From positions 7,627-71,626 of the IMG/VR virus record IMGVR_UViG_3300021376_000039: DNA of 64,000 nucleotides; one strand, written 5' to 3'. This document shows, piece by piece, positions 28,314-37,322 of the stretch (the first letter of the stretch is position 1; every line of letters begins with the position of its first letter). Source of the DNA: a virus. The notes beneath the pieces are model-generated. The model was not told the origin of the DNA. It did not search any database and worked only from the letters and a program-made list of their open reading frames with translations. Both the position numbers and the translations under genes were made by a program.

Positions 28314-28988
28314 TTATTTGTATAAATCTTCGTTTAGGTTAGAACTTCCATGAAATCTTGCTCTTGTAAAATCACTTTCTTTTGGTTGTTCTAACAGTTT
28401 ATTTTCTAAATCCTTGTTTTTTATTTTTAATTCTCTAATCTCAACATTCAAATTTGTTATTGTTTTTTGTAACATTTGAAGTTTGCTATTGTCCGTATTT
28501 TGGAAATTATTTTCCATTTCTTCTATTTTAGTGGAAAAAATTTTCCTTTCTGACTCTATTTGTTCATTTAAGTAGAAAATATTTTGATCCAACTGTTCGA
28601 TTTTTCCTAATAGTTCAGTTTCACTACTGTTGTCATAAATTGTCACAATTTTTTCCACAGGTACTTCTTTTATGACTTCCTTTTCAACTATTATCTCTTT
28701 TATTACCTCAACAGGTACCTCAACTATTTTTTCTACTTCTTTTATCACTTCAACAGGTATTTCTACCCGTTTTTCAACAATAACTTCTTTTATTACATGT
28801 TTTTCTTCTTTTCCGTCCGTTTTTAAGTCTTTTTCACCTTCATTAAGTGGTTTTCCTAATAATCCGTATTTTTCTAAATCAAATCCTCTTTTGAAACATT
28901 TTGTTACAAATGATTTTACATCTTTTATATCATTAACTTCACAATATAAAAGTATGTCAGAATTATATTTTTTATCAATGTTAAACAT
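28314..28988 (-). CDS. protein with VEK/VEVP repeats and coiled coil
   Basis: VIKEVIVEKRVEIPVEVIKEVEKIVEVPVEVIKEIIVEKEVIKEVPVEK. Confidence 0.7.
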   Translation of the reverse strand: MFNIDKKYNSDILLYCEVNDIKDVKSFVTKCFKRGFDLEKYGLLGKPLNEGEKDLKTDGKEEKHVIKEVIVEKRVEIPVEVIKEVEKIVEVPVEVIKEIIVEKEVIKEVPVEKIVTIYDNSSETELLGKIEQLDQNIFYLNEQIESERKIFSTKIEEMENNFQNTDNSKLQMLQKTITNLNVEIRELKIKNKDLENKLLEQPKESDFTRARFHGSSNLNEDLYK

Positions 28989-29760
28989 TTTTTAAAACTT
29001 CAGTTCCATTTTCAATGTCTTCAAAAGATTTTATTGAAAACTTTAAAAAAGGTTTCGGGTTTTCAAGATCGGTATAAGTGTATTCCTTATTTTCGAAATC
29101 ATAGGTTCCGAAACCGTGATTTCTGATACTCTCACCAATGTTTTGTTGTATTGGTGATCCAATCATATAACCTTTACCTGTTTTAAAACTAAACTCTTGT
29201 CTTTTATGGATATCTCCACATAAAACGATTTCTAAACCATCAAACTTTTCTGTGTCGTATGCATGATCACCAAAGTCATAACCCAAGTCTGTAGTCATAC
29301 CTTGTATTGGTCCATGGAATAAACCTACTTTTATACCTTTTGCTTCACTAATTTCAGGTGGAATGTTACCTTGATACTGTGAATAGACGCACCAACTAAC
29401 ATTTTCATCTTCATAGACACCTCTATCTTTATAATAAACAATATTTTTGTTATTTAATGAATCTATGATTGGTGATAAGGCATCTAATCTTTCAATATTA
29501 TTTACCAAGAAGTCATGGTTACCAGGTATGATAATTGTTTTTGCAACATATGAACATTCTTTTAACAACCAACTAACCATTTCAATAAGTTCAGGTGTCA
29601 TTTGATTTTTTGAATGAACTAAATCTCCCGTGAATACAATTCTATCAGGATTAATTTCTCTCCACTGATTGATTGCATCTTCAAGTATTAACCTATAAAG
29701 GTTATGGTCTTTGAACAATCGAATATGTAAATCCGAAAAATGTATGATTTTTTTAATCAT
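28981..29760 (-). CDS. SbcD/Mre11/gp47-like metallophosphoesterase nuclease
   Basis: SDLH, GDLVH, PGNHD, FHG and GDIH motifs. Confidence 0.88.
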   Translation of the reverse strand: MIKKIIHFSDLHIRLFKDHNLYRLILEDAINQWREINPDRIVFTGDLVHSKNQMTPELIEMVSWLLKECSYVAKTIIIPGNHDFLVNNIERLDALSPIIDSLNNKNIVYYKDRGVYEDENVSWCVYSQYQGNIPPEISEAKGIKVGLFHGPIQGMTTDLGYDFGDHAYDTEKFDGLEIVLCGDIHKRQEFSFKTGKGYMIGSPIQQNIGESIRNHGFGTYDFENKEYTYTDLENPKPFLKFSIKSFEDIENGTEVLKNV

Positions 29761-29992
29761 TTAATTGTGTTTTATCTCCGCAATATACTTCGTATGGCGG
29801 TTTATAAGGATCGTCTTTAATTGGGAATGGGTTTACTGGTATAGGTACTCTATAAGGTTCAGCGATTCCAAACTTTGGTTCATCTTTTACTTCACCCATC
29901 TTCTCAACTATTGGTGTTATATCAATATGCTTATTTTCAAGTTTACCATAAAGATATCCTTCTAACCAAATATAAAATTCTTTGTGTGTCAT
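29753..29992 (-). CDS. hypothetical protein
   Basis: MTHKEFYIWLEGY N-terminus with a Pro-rich tail. Confidence 0.6.
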   Translation of the reverse strand: MTHKEFYIWLEGYLYGKLENKHIDITPIVEKMGEVKDEPKFGIAEPYRVPIPVNPFPIKDDPYKPPYEVYCGDKTQLND

Positions 29993-30135
29993 ACCAATTC
30001 TCTACTATAAAGGTTTGCTAATACAATTCTTGCGAACTTAAACTCTTTAGCCCTGTTTAATCTTAATCCATAAGCAAGTGCCACAGTTTTGAGGTGGGGA
30101 TACACTTGACTAATTGTCATTTTACCTATTTCCAT
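29989..30135 (-). CDS. small hypothetical protein, 48 aa (not in ORF track)
   Basis: Manual translation MEIGKMTISQVYPHLKTVALAYGLRLNRAKEFKFARIVLANLYSRELV*; stop/start overlaps on both sides. Confidence 0.55.
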   Translation of the reverse strand: MEIGKMTISQVYPHLKTVALAYGLRLNRAKEFKFARIVLANLYSRELV

Positions 30136-30350
30136 CACTTATCAAATAATTTAAAATCTTCATTAACATTCCCACACTCATTACACATATATGTTGGGAA
30201 TGGTACAATAGTGTCTTCAGGACTACCTGTCAATATCTTTGATACTTTTTTTAAAATAGTCACTTCTTTAAAATAAATTGATTCACACTTCTCACAATCA
30301 ACTGTTGGTTGTTCTCTTAGATTTATTTTTGGTTTGATGATTTCTTCCAT
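30135..30350 (-). CDS. small zinc-ribbon protein
   Basis: CEKC...CNECG. Confidence 0.7.
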   Translation of the reverse strand: MEEIIKPKINLREQPTVDCEKCESIYFKEVTILKKVSKILTGSPEDTIVPFPTYMCNECGNVNEDFKLFDK

Positions 30351-30458
30351 TTTGTTTTATATTTTATTTTTATTTTTTCTCCTTCTTTGTCCCAAGTAGT
30401 ATTATACCACCATGCGATTGTTATTTCTGGTTTCATATTAAATTATAAATTATTTTAT

Positions 30459-31322
30459 TTATTTTGTCAACAAACGTTCTTTGATGTCCATATTTAATAT
30501 AGTATCAATAACTTTTCTTTCTACTCGATATTCTGTAAAATCTTGTTCATCTGTTAAGTGAATAATTATACAACCCAATAACGGAATGTTTTCATATTTA
30601 GTCCCTTTTAACATCTTTAACAATAACTTACCATAGAGAGGTAATTGTGTGTTATAGTGACCAAGAGCATTATTAGGTAAATGTTTAAAAGGTTCTCTCA
30701 TAGGTTTTGTATAATCATTGGTTTCCATGTTTTTCTTTTTGTTTGTTTTATAATCGGTTATTATAAATCCAAAACCAGTTTTTTCTTTATTTAAAATCAA
30801 CCAGCAAGTATCTCCTTGTCCTACGTATCCAAGTTCGGGATCACCTAAAACAATTTCTGTGTCAATTAATACCGCACCTCTTTCTTCCATTAATTTTAAA
30901 AATCTATAACCAGCTTTAATCATACGATCACCTTTCATAATCATATTCATATCGCACTCATAAAGTGGTTGTCTAACCACCTTATTTAACTTGTGTCTTT
31001 TAATTGTTTCTATCTCCAATTCGTAGTGAACTCTACTTCCCATGTTTGTAGATATTTTACCTTCTTCAGCCCATTCTGCAAGTAATGTTTGCATAACATA
31101 TGAGTCCCCCTTTGCTTTATTATAAGCAGCCTGTTCTGTCGGAAACTCATCGTAAAATAGTTTCATTACTTTTGATACGGATGGAAAATCTTTTCTTATT
31201 TTTCCATCAATATCAGACATGGTATATTCGTGACCATCTTCCTTAAAAGTTAAATTTAACTCATTTCGTCTTATTGATAAGACATTTCTTATGTCTTCTG
31301 CAACTTCTTTTATGTCTTTCAT
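30459..31322 (-). CDS. PD-(D/E)xK exonuclease (RecB/Cas4-like phage exonuclease)
   Basis: PSVS, GSRVH, E..L, GQGD, ITDYKT and QLPLY motifs. Confidence 0.8.
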   Translation of the reverse strand: MKDIKEVAEDIRNVLSIRRNELNLTFKEDGHEYTMSDIDGKIRKDFPSVSKVMKLFYDEFPTEQAAYNKAKGDSYVMQTLLAEWAEEGKISTNMGSRVHYELEIETIKRHKLNKVVRQPLYECDMNMIMKGDRMIKAGYRFLKLMEERGAVLIDTEIVLGDPELGYVGQGDTCWLILNKEKTGFGFIITDYKTNKKKNMETNDYTKPMREPFKHLPNNALGHYNTQLPLYGKLLLKMLKGTKYENIPLLGCIIIHLTDEQDFTEYRVERKVIDTILNMDIKERLLTK

Positions 31323-32239
31323 TCTTTTTCTTCTACAATGTATTCGTTTATTTGACCTCTAAGATCACAAACGTCTTTATCTTTTGGTAGTTTCATTAGT
31401 TTAACTCTACCATAAAGTTTTCCTCCGTTTAATTTGTCATATATGTTTTTAGCATCTGTAAAAGCATCACCATCAAGACAAACTATAATATCTTTTTTTG
31501 CCTTCTCGTATAATTTTTCCCATAAATTGTCATTAACATACTTTCCAAGAAGTGCTATTGAATTGTCTAAGAAAAATGAGTCAAACACTCCTTCAACAAG
31601 GTATATGTCCTTTTTCCAATCAATTAAACTTTCGTTAAAAATAAGAAAGTCTTTTGCTGCTTCAGGGTTTTTGTATTTTAATTTTGCTCTTGGGTTCCAT
31701 GACCTTGATACAAAAAAGTTTAATTCACCTTTTTTATTAAATGATGGAACAATAATACGACCCGCATATTCTCCTTCAATACAAAGTCCAATTTTATATT
31801 TATCTATTGTTTCTTGAGTAATTCCTCTTTTTTTAAGGTAGTTCCAAGCTTCTTTTCTTGGTAAATGGATTGGGTGTATTTCCTCAAACCTTTTATACTC
31901 TTTTGGTAGTTCTAAGTCTTTATAAACTTTTTGTTTTTTTTCTACCTTGTCAGGACGTATAAGTTTGTATGTTTTTTTGTCTTTTTTTGAACCAAATTGT
32001 TCTATTAGTTTTCCTAAATGTCCGTGTGTGTCATGTGTCTCTGCACATGCCCAACATTTATAAACGTGATTAATATAATTTATTTCTAAATTTCCCTTAC
32101 CATCTGTTTTTGATAAACCTTTTATTTCATAGGAACAAACAGGGCAATCAACAGATATCTGCCCACTGTATTCATTTAAATTTTTAGGTTCACCAAAAAT
32201 ATTCTCTATAAGATCGACTAATAGTGACTCTTCTTTCAT
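31319..32239 (-). CDS. DNA primase (Zn finger plus TOPRIM)
   Basis: CPVC..CWAC, YLKKRGI, RIIVP, VEGVFD and CLDGDA motifs. Confidence 0.88.
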   Translation of the reverse strand: MKEESLLVDLIENIFGEPKNLNEYSGQISVDCPVCSYEIKGLSKTDGKGNLEINYINHVYKCWACAETHDTHGHLGKLIEQFGSKKDKKTYKLIRPDKVEKKQKVYKDLELPKEYKRFEEIHPIHLPRKEAWNYLKKRGITQETIDKYKIGLCIEGEYAGRIIVPSFNKKGELNFFVSRSWNPRAKLKYKNPEAAKDFLIFNESLIDWKKDIYLVEGVFDSFFLDNSIALLGKYVNDNLWEKLYEKAKKDIIVCLDGDAFTDAKNIYDKLNGGKLYGRVKLMKLPKDKDVCDLRGQINEYIVEEKE

Positions 32240-32276
32240 ACATAAAAGATAAGAAATAAGGGGGAATAGTCAAACA

Positions 32277-32303
32277 ACAAAAAACCCACCTTTTGGGTGG
32301 GTT
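32277..32303 (-). terminator. intrinsic terminator
   Basis: Minus strand AACCCACC-CAAAA-GGTGGGTT followed by TTTT. Confidence 0.65.
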
Positions 32304-32324
32304 CATATTATATATATTATTTTT

Positions 32325-32816
32325 TTATTCATCAGACGCATCACAATAATCATAACAAATACCTTCTAATTCTGAACATTCAATCTCAAATTGTTGTCTA
32401 CCTCCAAAGAATTTTTTCTTACCTCTTAAATATAATTGATTTTCTTCACAATCATAAAATAACTCTAATTTATGATCACCTATCCCATCATAGTCTTCAC
32501 CTCTATCCATTAAAAATCTGTGTAATTTTCTATTACAACCTTCTTGGGGTTCATTATCAAAATACCTAGCACTATTTGAAATATCTTCAACATGTAAAAT
32601 GCTGTTACATCCTAACATATCATCAGTAGGTGTTTCACAAGAAGCTCCACCCAAGTTTACTTCCATTATTTCTAAACCACATGTTGGATCGACTAAGGTA
32701 AAATATTTTCCTCTAACTTTCATATCTAATTTAGATATTCCTGATTCAGATTCTTTTATTACTCTTCTAACAAGTCTTGCAAGATCCGATTCTGTTAATT
32801 TTATAATTCTTTTCAT
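32325..32816 (-). CDS. hypothetical protein with LTESDL..RVIKE N-terminal leader
   Basis: MKRIIKLTESDLARLVRRVIKES; TATTTATA upstream and its own terminator. Confidence 0.7.
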   Translation of the reverse strand: MKRIIKLTESDLARLVRRVIKESESGISKLDMKVRGKYFTLVDPTCGLEIMEVNLGGASCETPTDDMLGCNSILHVEDISNSARYFDNEPQEGCNRKLHRFLMDRGEDYDGIGDHKLELFYDCEENQLYLRGKKKFFGGRQQFEIECSELEGICYDYCDASDE

Positions 32817-32863
32817 ATTTTATTTTAATTATAAATATATACTAAACAAAAAAAAAACGGTGA

Positions 32864-33469
32864 TTACCAAATATTTTCTTGGTTCATATAACCTAAAACA
32901 CAAGTATAAGAATCTGCCATATCATAACATTCTTTTTTAAGAGTATTATTTTTAGTATATAACCATTGTATTTGTGGTTCTTTGTCTGAGACTTTTTTCC
33001 AAATAAGTTCTTTCTTATCAATATCTTTTGGTAATCCCCCAAATAAAACATGTTTACCTTTATCGTTTTGTTGAACAAACTCAGGCCAAGCATATTTTCT
33101 TGAATTATATGTTGATATAAAGTTAGGTGCGATTCCTAAAATATCATATATAGATTTAGTAATCATTGAATTGTACCTTAATAGTGTCCCTACTGTCCAA
33201 ATATTATTTGAATTGAGTAGTGGTTCTTCTATAACAACTTTAGTGATTCCTAAATTTCTATAACCTTCTAATTTTTCTTCAAAAGCTTTTACTTTTAAAA
33301 TTAATTCTAAAATTTTATCGTCCACTTTTGGTTTTATTACAGGTGAGAAATGTGTTAATTCTAAAAGTTCTTTTGTTTGTATATCAAACAAGCTCCAACC
33401 GATTGTTTTGGTAGAGATATCTAACCCAAGTACTTTGGGTGTATTTTTAAAATCTAAATTTTCGGACAT
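32864..33469 (-). CDS. RuvC-like Holliday junction resolvase
   Basis: VLGLDISTKTIG, VVIEE and DMADS acidic motifs. Confidence 0.8.
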   Translation of the reverse strand: MSENLDFKNTPKVLGLDISTKTIGWSLFDIQTKELLELTHFSPVIKPKVDDKILELILKVKAFEEKLEGYRNLGITKVVIEEPLLNSNNIWTVGTLLRYNSMITKSIYDILGIAPNFISTYNSRKYAWPEFVQQNDKGKHVLFGGLPKDIDKKELIWKKVSDKEPQIQWLYTKNNTLKKECYDMADSYTCVLGYMNQENIW

Positions 33470-33474
33470 ATTAC

Positions 33475-35688
33475 TTAAAAGTCTAACTTAATCGGATACT
33501 GCTGTATTCCCTGTCTTTTTTCGGGTGATTGTATCTTCGATATAACCATAAGTTCTTTATTAGCATTGTAAAGAGCAACTTCAGTGATGTATGGTGGTGT
33601 CGATCCGTCCCAAGTAGGATTAGATGAATCAAAGAATTGTGTTTGTCCTAAATTACAAAGAAAATTCATTACATAAATTGTTGCTTGAATGTCTGTTTCA
33701 ATATTACCAAAAAAGTAATACTCACCTCCAAAATTCAAAGTTAAACCTGTTTGACCTACTTGTGGTAGTTGTATGTAATTATTTAAATCATATGTAGGTG
33801 CCGTATCATACATATTTTTAGTAATCTGTATTGTGGTACCTGTCATACCTGTTTGTGTTAAATAATTATTTACCGTTGTTGCTGATATTTGATTGTATAC
33901 ATCAATTTCTCTCCACAAAGTTGCCGAAGGTCTGGTTGTTCCACTTGGTACTTTTTGTGCTAATATTTTAATGTTATTTGCAGTAAAACCTGAAGGTATC
34001 GTTGTTAAGTTTTCTTGTAAAAATGGGAACTCGTTTCCAAATCTTACTAATATATCTGATGCTCCCGGTAGTAAACTTTGATCATTACCTGTAATCGTTG
34101 AGTAGTAGTTACAATGTAATGAATTAGTAAATCCTGTATTTTCAAATAAATAAGTTAAAAACAATGTTTCAGTATCTCCTGTTAATAATCCTGCGGTTCC
34201 ACCTAAAACACCACTAAAAGTATTTGGGGTTACTAACCCAAGTTTAGGTGCCGGTAACGTCCAACTTCTATTTGATTTATAATTTAATGCCGCAATTATT
34301 TCATCATCATCAAAAACAATCATTTTTAAATCAGGAAAAACTTTACCAACCCTATTTGGTACACCGTTAGTATTTGCGTGTGCATCCCATAAGTGGTAAT
34401 ATCTTAATCCAGGTGCATTAAAATTTAAATCTTTTTTAGATTTCATATAGTGTACTTGGAATAAGTTTTGAGTTGTGAACCCTGACGGATCAGTATAAAA
34501 AACTTCACCTATAGTTGCATTTGGATTTTTGTGCCACATTAACCAAGGAATAGAAAGTTTGAAATTTCTAGCTTGTCCTGTGTTTCCTGGATTTGTTGAA
34601 TCATAATCCTCCATTGCAAATTTTTCACCATAAAAATTATCAATAGATTGGTTTGTATAATGGACTATAGCAATTGCCTTTTGTTCTTCGGGAGTAACCG
34701 TAATTTTTTCTAAAAAAGAATTGTAATAATAAACTGAATCAGTATCCAATTGTCCCTCTTGGCTATTATACCCTAAGTATTCTTTTGTGTTTGTATATCC
34801 TGTAGATTTAAATTGGTTGTAATCTTGGTAGGTATTACTGAACAATCCTGCAGGTGATTCAGTCCAAGGAATATTCATATTCCATATGTAAACATTTCTT
34901 TGCGAAACGTCACAATTTGTCTCAAAATTAATCACGTCGTTAGCCCAAAATGGTTCTGGTGTAAATGTATCATACATCACTGTCATTCCACTAGGATAAA
35001 ACATAGTACTTGATAATCCAGTAATTCCTAAAGAACCGAAATTAGGTAATGTCCTATCAACTTGAATATCTATTGTTGTTGCTGTTGAGCTGTCTCCTGT
35101 TACAGAAACGACTAAATAAGTAAACATAGGTGTTGATGCCGATAATGGTTGTAAAGTGTCGGTATTAAATAAAGTTAAAAACATTCCAGGGGTTACAGTA
35201 CCCGAAGCCGATGGGTCTATAGTTGTTGCTGACAGTGTAATTACTGTACCCGAATGTAAAGTACTATTATCAACAATAAAATTAGGATTTATAGTATATG
35301 CCGAAGATGTAAATGCACTAAAACTAATAGAAGATCCTGTTGAACCGGTAAAAAATCCTCTTGGTGCCGCACTATTATAGACACTATCAATATATGAATT
35401 ATCAAAAGGAACACCGAATGTGCATCCTGATGTTGAGTCGATAAATAATGGATACTTTACATGCATTCTGTTTTTTTGTGGTACTGGTGATAAATTTTGA
35501 GCGTTGTATTGTGGCATTAAAACATTATAATCAACCATGTCCATGTTTGATATACAATCATAACAAACTTCACTATCCCCAACTTGAAAATATGCGATGT
35601 CGAATTTACCTTGTGATATTTTTCTTCTCGCAGCATCAGTAATTAATGTGTTAATTAATGCTGCGGTATTTTTAATGATGTATGACAT
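33475..35688 (-). CDS. tail/baseplate protein with split tail-collar (DUF3751-like) domain
   Basis: N-terminal LITDAARRKI..YFQVGDS and C-terminal PYITEVALYN..ELMVISK..IKLDF. Confidence 0.6.
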   Translation of the reverse strand: MSYIIKNTAALINTLITDAARRKISQGKFDIAYFQVGDSEVCYDCISNMDMVDYNVLMPQYNAQNLSPVPQKNRMHVKYPLFIDSTSGCTFGVPFDNSYIDSVYNSAAPRGFFTGSTGSSISFSAFTSSAYTINPNFIVDNSTLHSGTVITLSATTIDPSASGTVTPGMFLTLFNTDTLQPLSASTPMFTYLVVSVTGDSSTATTIDIQVDRTLPNFGSLGITGLSSTMFYPSGMTVMYDTFTPEPFWANDVINFETNCDVSQRNVYIWNMNIPWTESPAGLFSNTYQDYNQFKSTGYTNTKEYLGYNSQEGQLDTDSVYYYNSFLEKITVTPEEQKAIAIVHYTNQSIDNFYGEKFAMEDYDSTNPGNTGQARNFKLSIPWLMWHKNPNATIGEVFYTDPSGFTTQNLFQVHYMKSKKDLNFNAPGLRYYHLWDAHANTNGVPNRVGKVFPDLKMIVFDDDEIIAALNYKSNRSWTLPAPKLGLVTPNTFSGVLGGTAGLLTGDTETLFLTYLFENTGFTNSLHCNYYSTITGNDQSLLPGASDILVRFGNEFPFLQENLTTIPSGFTANNIKILAQKVPSGTTRPSATLWREIDVYNQISATTVNNYLTQTGMTGTTIQITKNMYDTAPTYDLNNYIQLPQVGQTGLTLNFGGEYYFFGNIETDIQATIYVMNFLCNLGQTQFFDSSNPTWDGSTPPYITEVALYNANKELMVISKIQSPEKRQGIQQYPIKLDF

Positions 35689-35692
35689 ATTA

Positions 35693-35700
35693 TATAAATA
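35693..35700 (-). promoter_or_regulatory. putative late-promoter motif TATTTAT(A/T), representative copy
   Basis: Same motif lies 3-30 nt upstream of at least 14 starts, mostly structural or putative virion genes (see findings). Confidence 0.55.
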
Positions 35701-35719
35701 CTAATTTTTTATTTTTTAT

Positions 35720-37321
35720 TTAAAACCTCTTTGGTGGTCTTGGGCAAATTAAACCTGTTTTTGTAAGGATTACTTGTTGCGGTGCCGTTGAGGAGTTAAC
35801 TGACTTACATAATATAGGACTTATTGTTATATTTTGTATGTTTACACTATCTTTTATATTAGCAAATAAGTTACAATGATCTCTTTCAACACAAGGTGTG
35901 TTTATGTATTGTACTATAGTACCCGTTATGGTACCACTACCTGATAATTGCACATTATAGGATGTTGTGTAAGAACTTAAATTTATATCCCCACCTTCAC
36001 ATACAGGATTAAAAGACGTTGATCCTACTGTCGGTCCTGTTGTTGGTGATGATATGGTAAACGTTCCTGTTTGGTTTGTTGTAATATTGTTACTATACGT
36101 GATTGATGGTGAAGTGATTGTATATGCGGTTGTATTGATGTTAAATAATAAATCCATATTGATTACTGTGCCTACAGGTAATGGGTATGGACTAACATTT
36201 ATAGACCAATTGGATGTTTTTGTTGTTGCATTGCCTACGGTTACATTTGAACCGGGTGTTAATGTTAAATTTACGTTATAATTTTGAAATAACTGCTGTG
36301 GGGTTAAGGTAACCGTCTGACTTGTTATTGTATTTACACTATCCTTAACATATACCGTATAAGTACCGGTAACTAAACCTACAAAACTATTTGATGCTTG
36401 ATAATTAACTGAGTCTATAGAATATGTATATGGACTTAAACCACCGTTTGGTGTTATTGTTATACTACCATTACTTGTTGTTGAACATGTTGGGTTTGTT
36501 TTGTTAACCAACATTGTTAATGGAGGTGTTTGACATAAACCTGAACTAACATATACAGTTGAATTATATGATAACGGACCTGTTAATGTCCAATATCCTG
36601 TTGGTGGTATTGTTGGTGACTGTAAATATAATCCTCCAGCATATGTCCATCCACTAACATTCCATTGTGTTGTTCCTGTATTATAATAAATTGTTTGTGT
36701 ACTGCTAGTCCAAGATGGATACCCATTTATTGTTCCTCCTGAAGTAAAATTAAATTGTAATAAATTATTAGGTCTACTAAATTCCAAACATAAGTTATAA
36801 GGATAGACAGGTGTCGGTGTTGGTGGTGGTAAACAATCTGTACAACCCGTAAAAGGACCAGCAGAATATATTGGGAAATTTCCAATATATGTTTGTCCTG
36901 TATATGTGGTAGTACCATTACTTATCCAACATCCTATTTGTGTTGTTAATTGATATATTGAGCCATTATTAAGTGGGTTAGTTAAATCTGCTAAATAATA
37001 TATATTATTATTTGGTGTTTCACAATTTTCTAATACTTCAAGATAGAAAGTGTCGTAGCCTACAGTACATGTTGTTGTTGCGGTAAAATCTCCATAGTAA
37101 TCGACTACAGTTGCAGTATAATTACCGGGACTTAAATTTGTTAATAATGTGCCTTGTGAACCATTGTCCCAAGTAACATTATATGGTGATGTACCACCCG
37201 TCACATATAAAGCAATTAACCCGTTAGTTGATTCAGGTGTTGATGCGTTAATGCTATCACATTCTAAACCTAAAGGTAAGATTGTTATTATATTACAACT
37301 ATTTCCACTTAATAATCCCAT
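35720..37321 (-). CDS. SprB-repeat Cys/Thr-rich structural protein
   Basis: GGTSPYNVTW..LSPGNYTATVVD and NGSITITPNGGLSPYTYS..GTYTVYVKD repeats. Confidence 0.7.
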   Translation of the reverse strand: MGLLSGNSCNIITILPLGLECDSINASTPESTNGLIALYVTGGTSPYNVTWDNGSQGTLLTNLSPGNYTATVVDYYGDFTATTTCTVGYDTFYLEVLENCETPNNNIYYLADLTNPLNNGSIYQLTTQIGCWISNGTTTYTGQTYIGNFPIYSAGPFTGCTDCLPPPTPTPVYPYNLCLEFSRPNNLLQFNFTSGGTINGYPSWTSSTQTIYYNTGTTQWNVSGWTYAGGLYLQSPTIPPTGYWTLTGPLSYNSTVYVSSGLCQTPPLTMLVNKTNPTCSTTSNGSITITPNGGLSPYTYSIDSVNYQASNSFVGLVTGTYTVYVKDSVNTITSQTVTLTPQQLFQNYNVNLTLTPGSNVTVGNATTKTSNWSINVSPYPLPVGTVINMDLLFNINTTAYTITSPSITYSNNITTNQTGTFTISSPTTGPTVGSTSFNPVCEGGDINLSSYTTSYNVQLSGSGTITGTIVQYINTPCVERDHCNLFANIKDSVNIQNITISPILCKSVNSSTAPQQVILTKTGLICPRPPKRF

Positions 37322-37322
37322 A

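Noticed and set aside
30323-30436. 37-aa minus-strand ORF MKPEITIAWWYNTTWDK...
   Set aside because: It fits the gap but is too short and featureless to support as a gene.
30459-31322. Cas4 as part of a CRISPR-Cas locus
   Set aside because: No Fe-S cysteine cluster, other cas genes or array; the context is replication and recombination.
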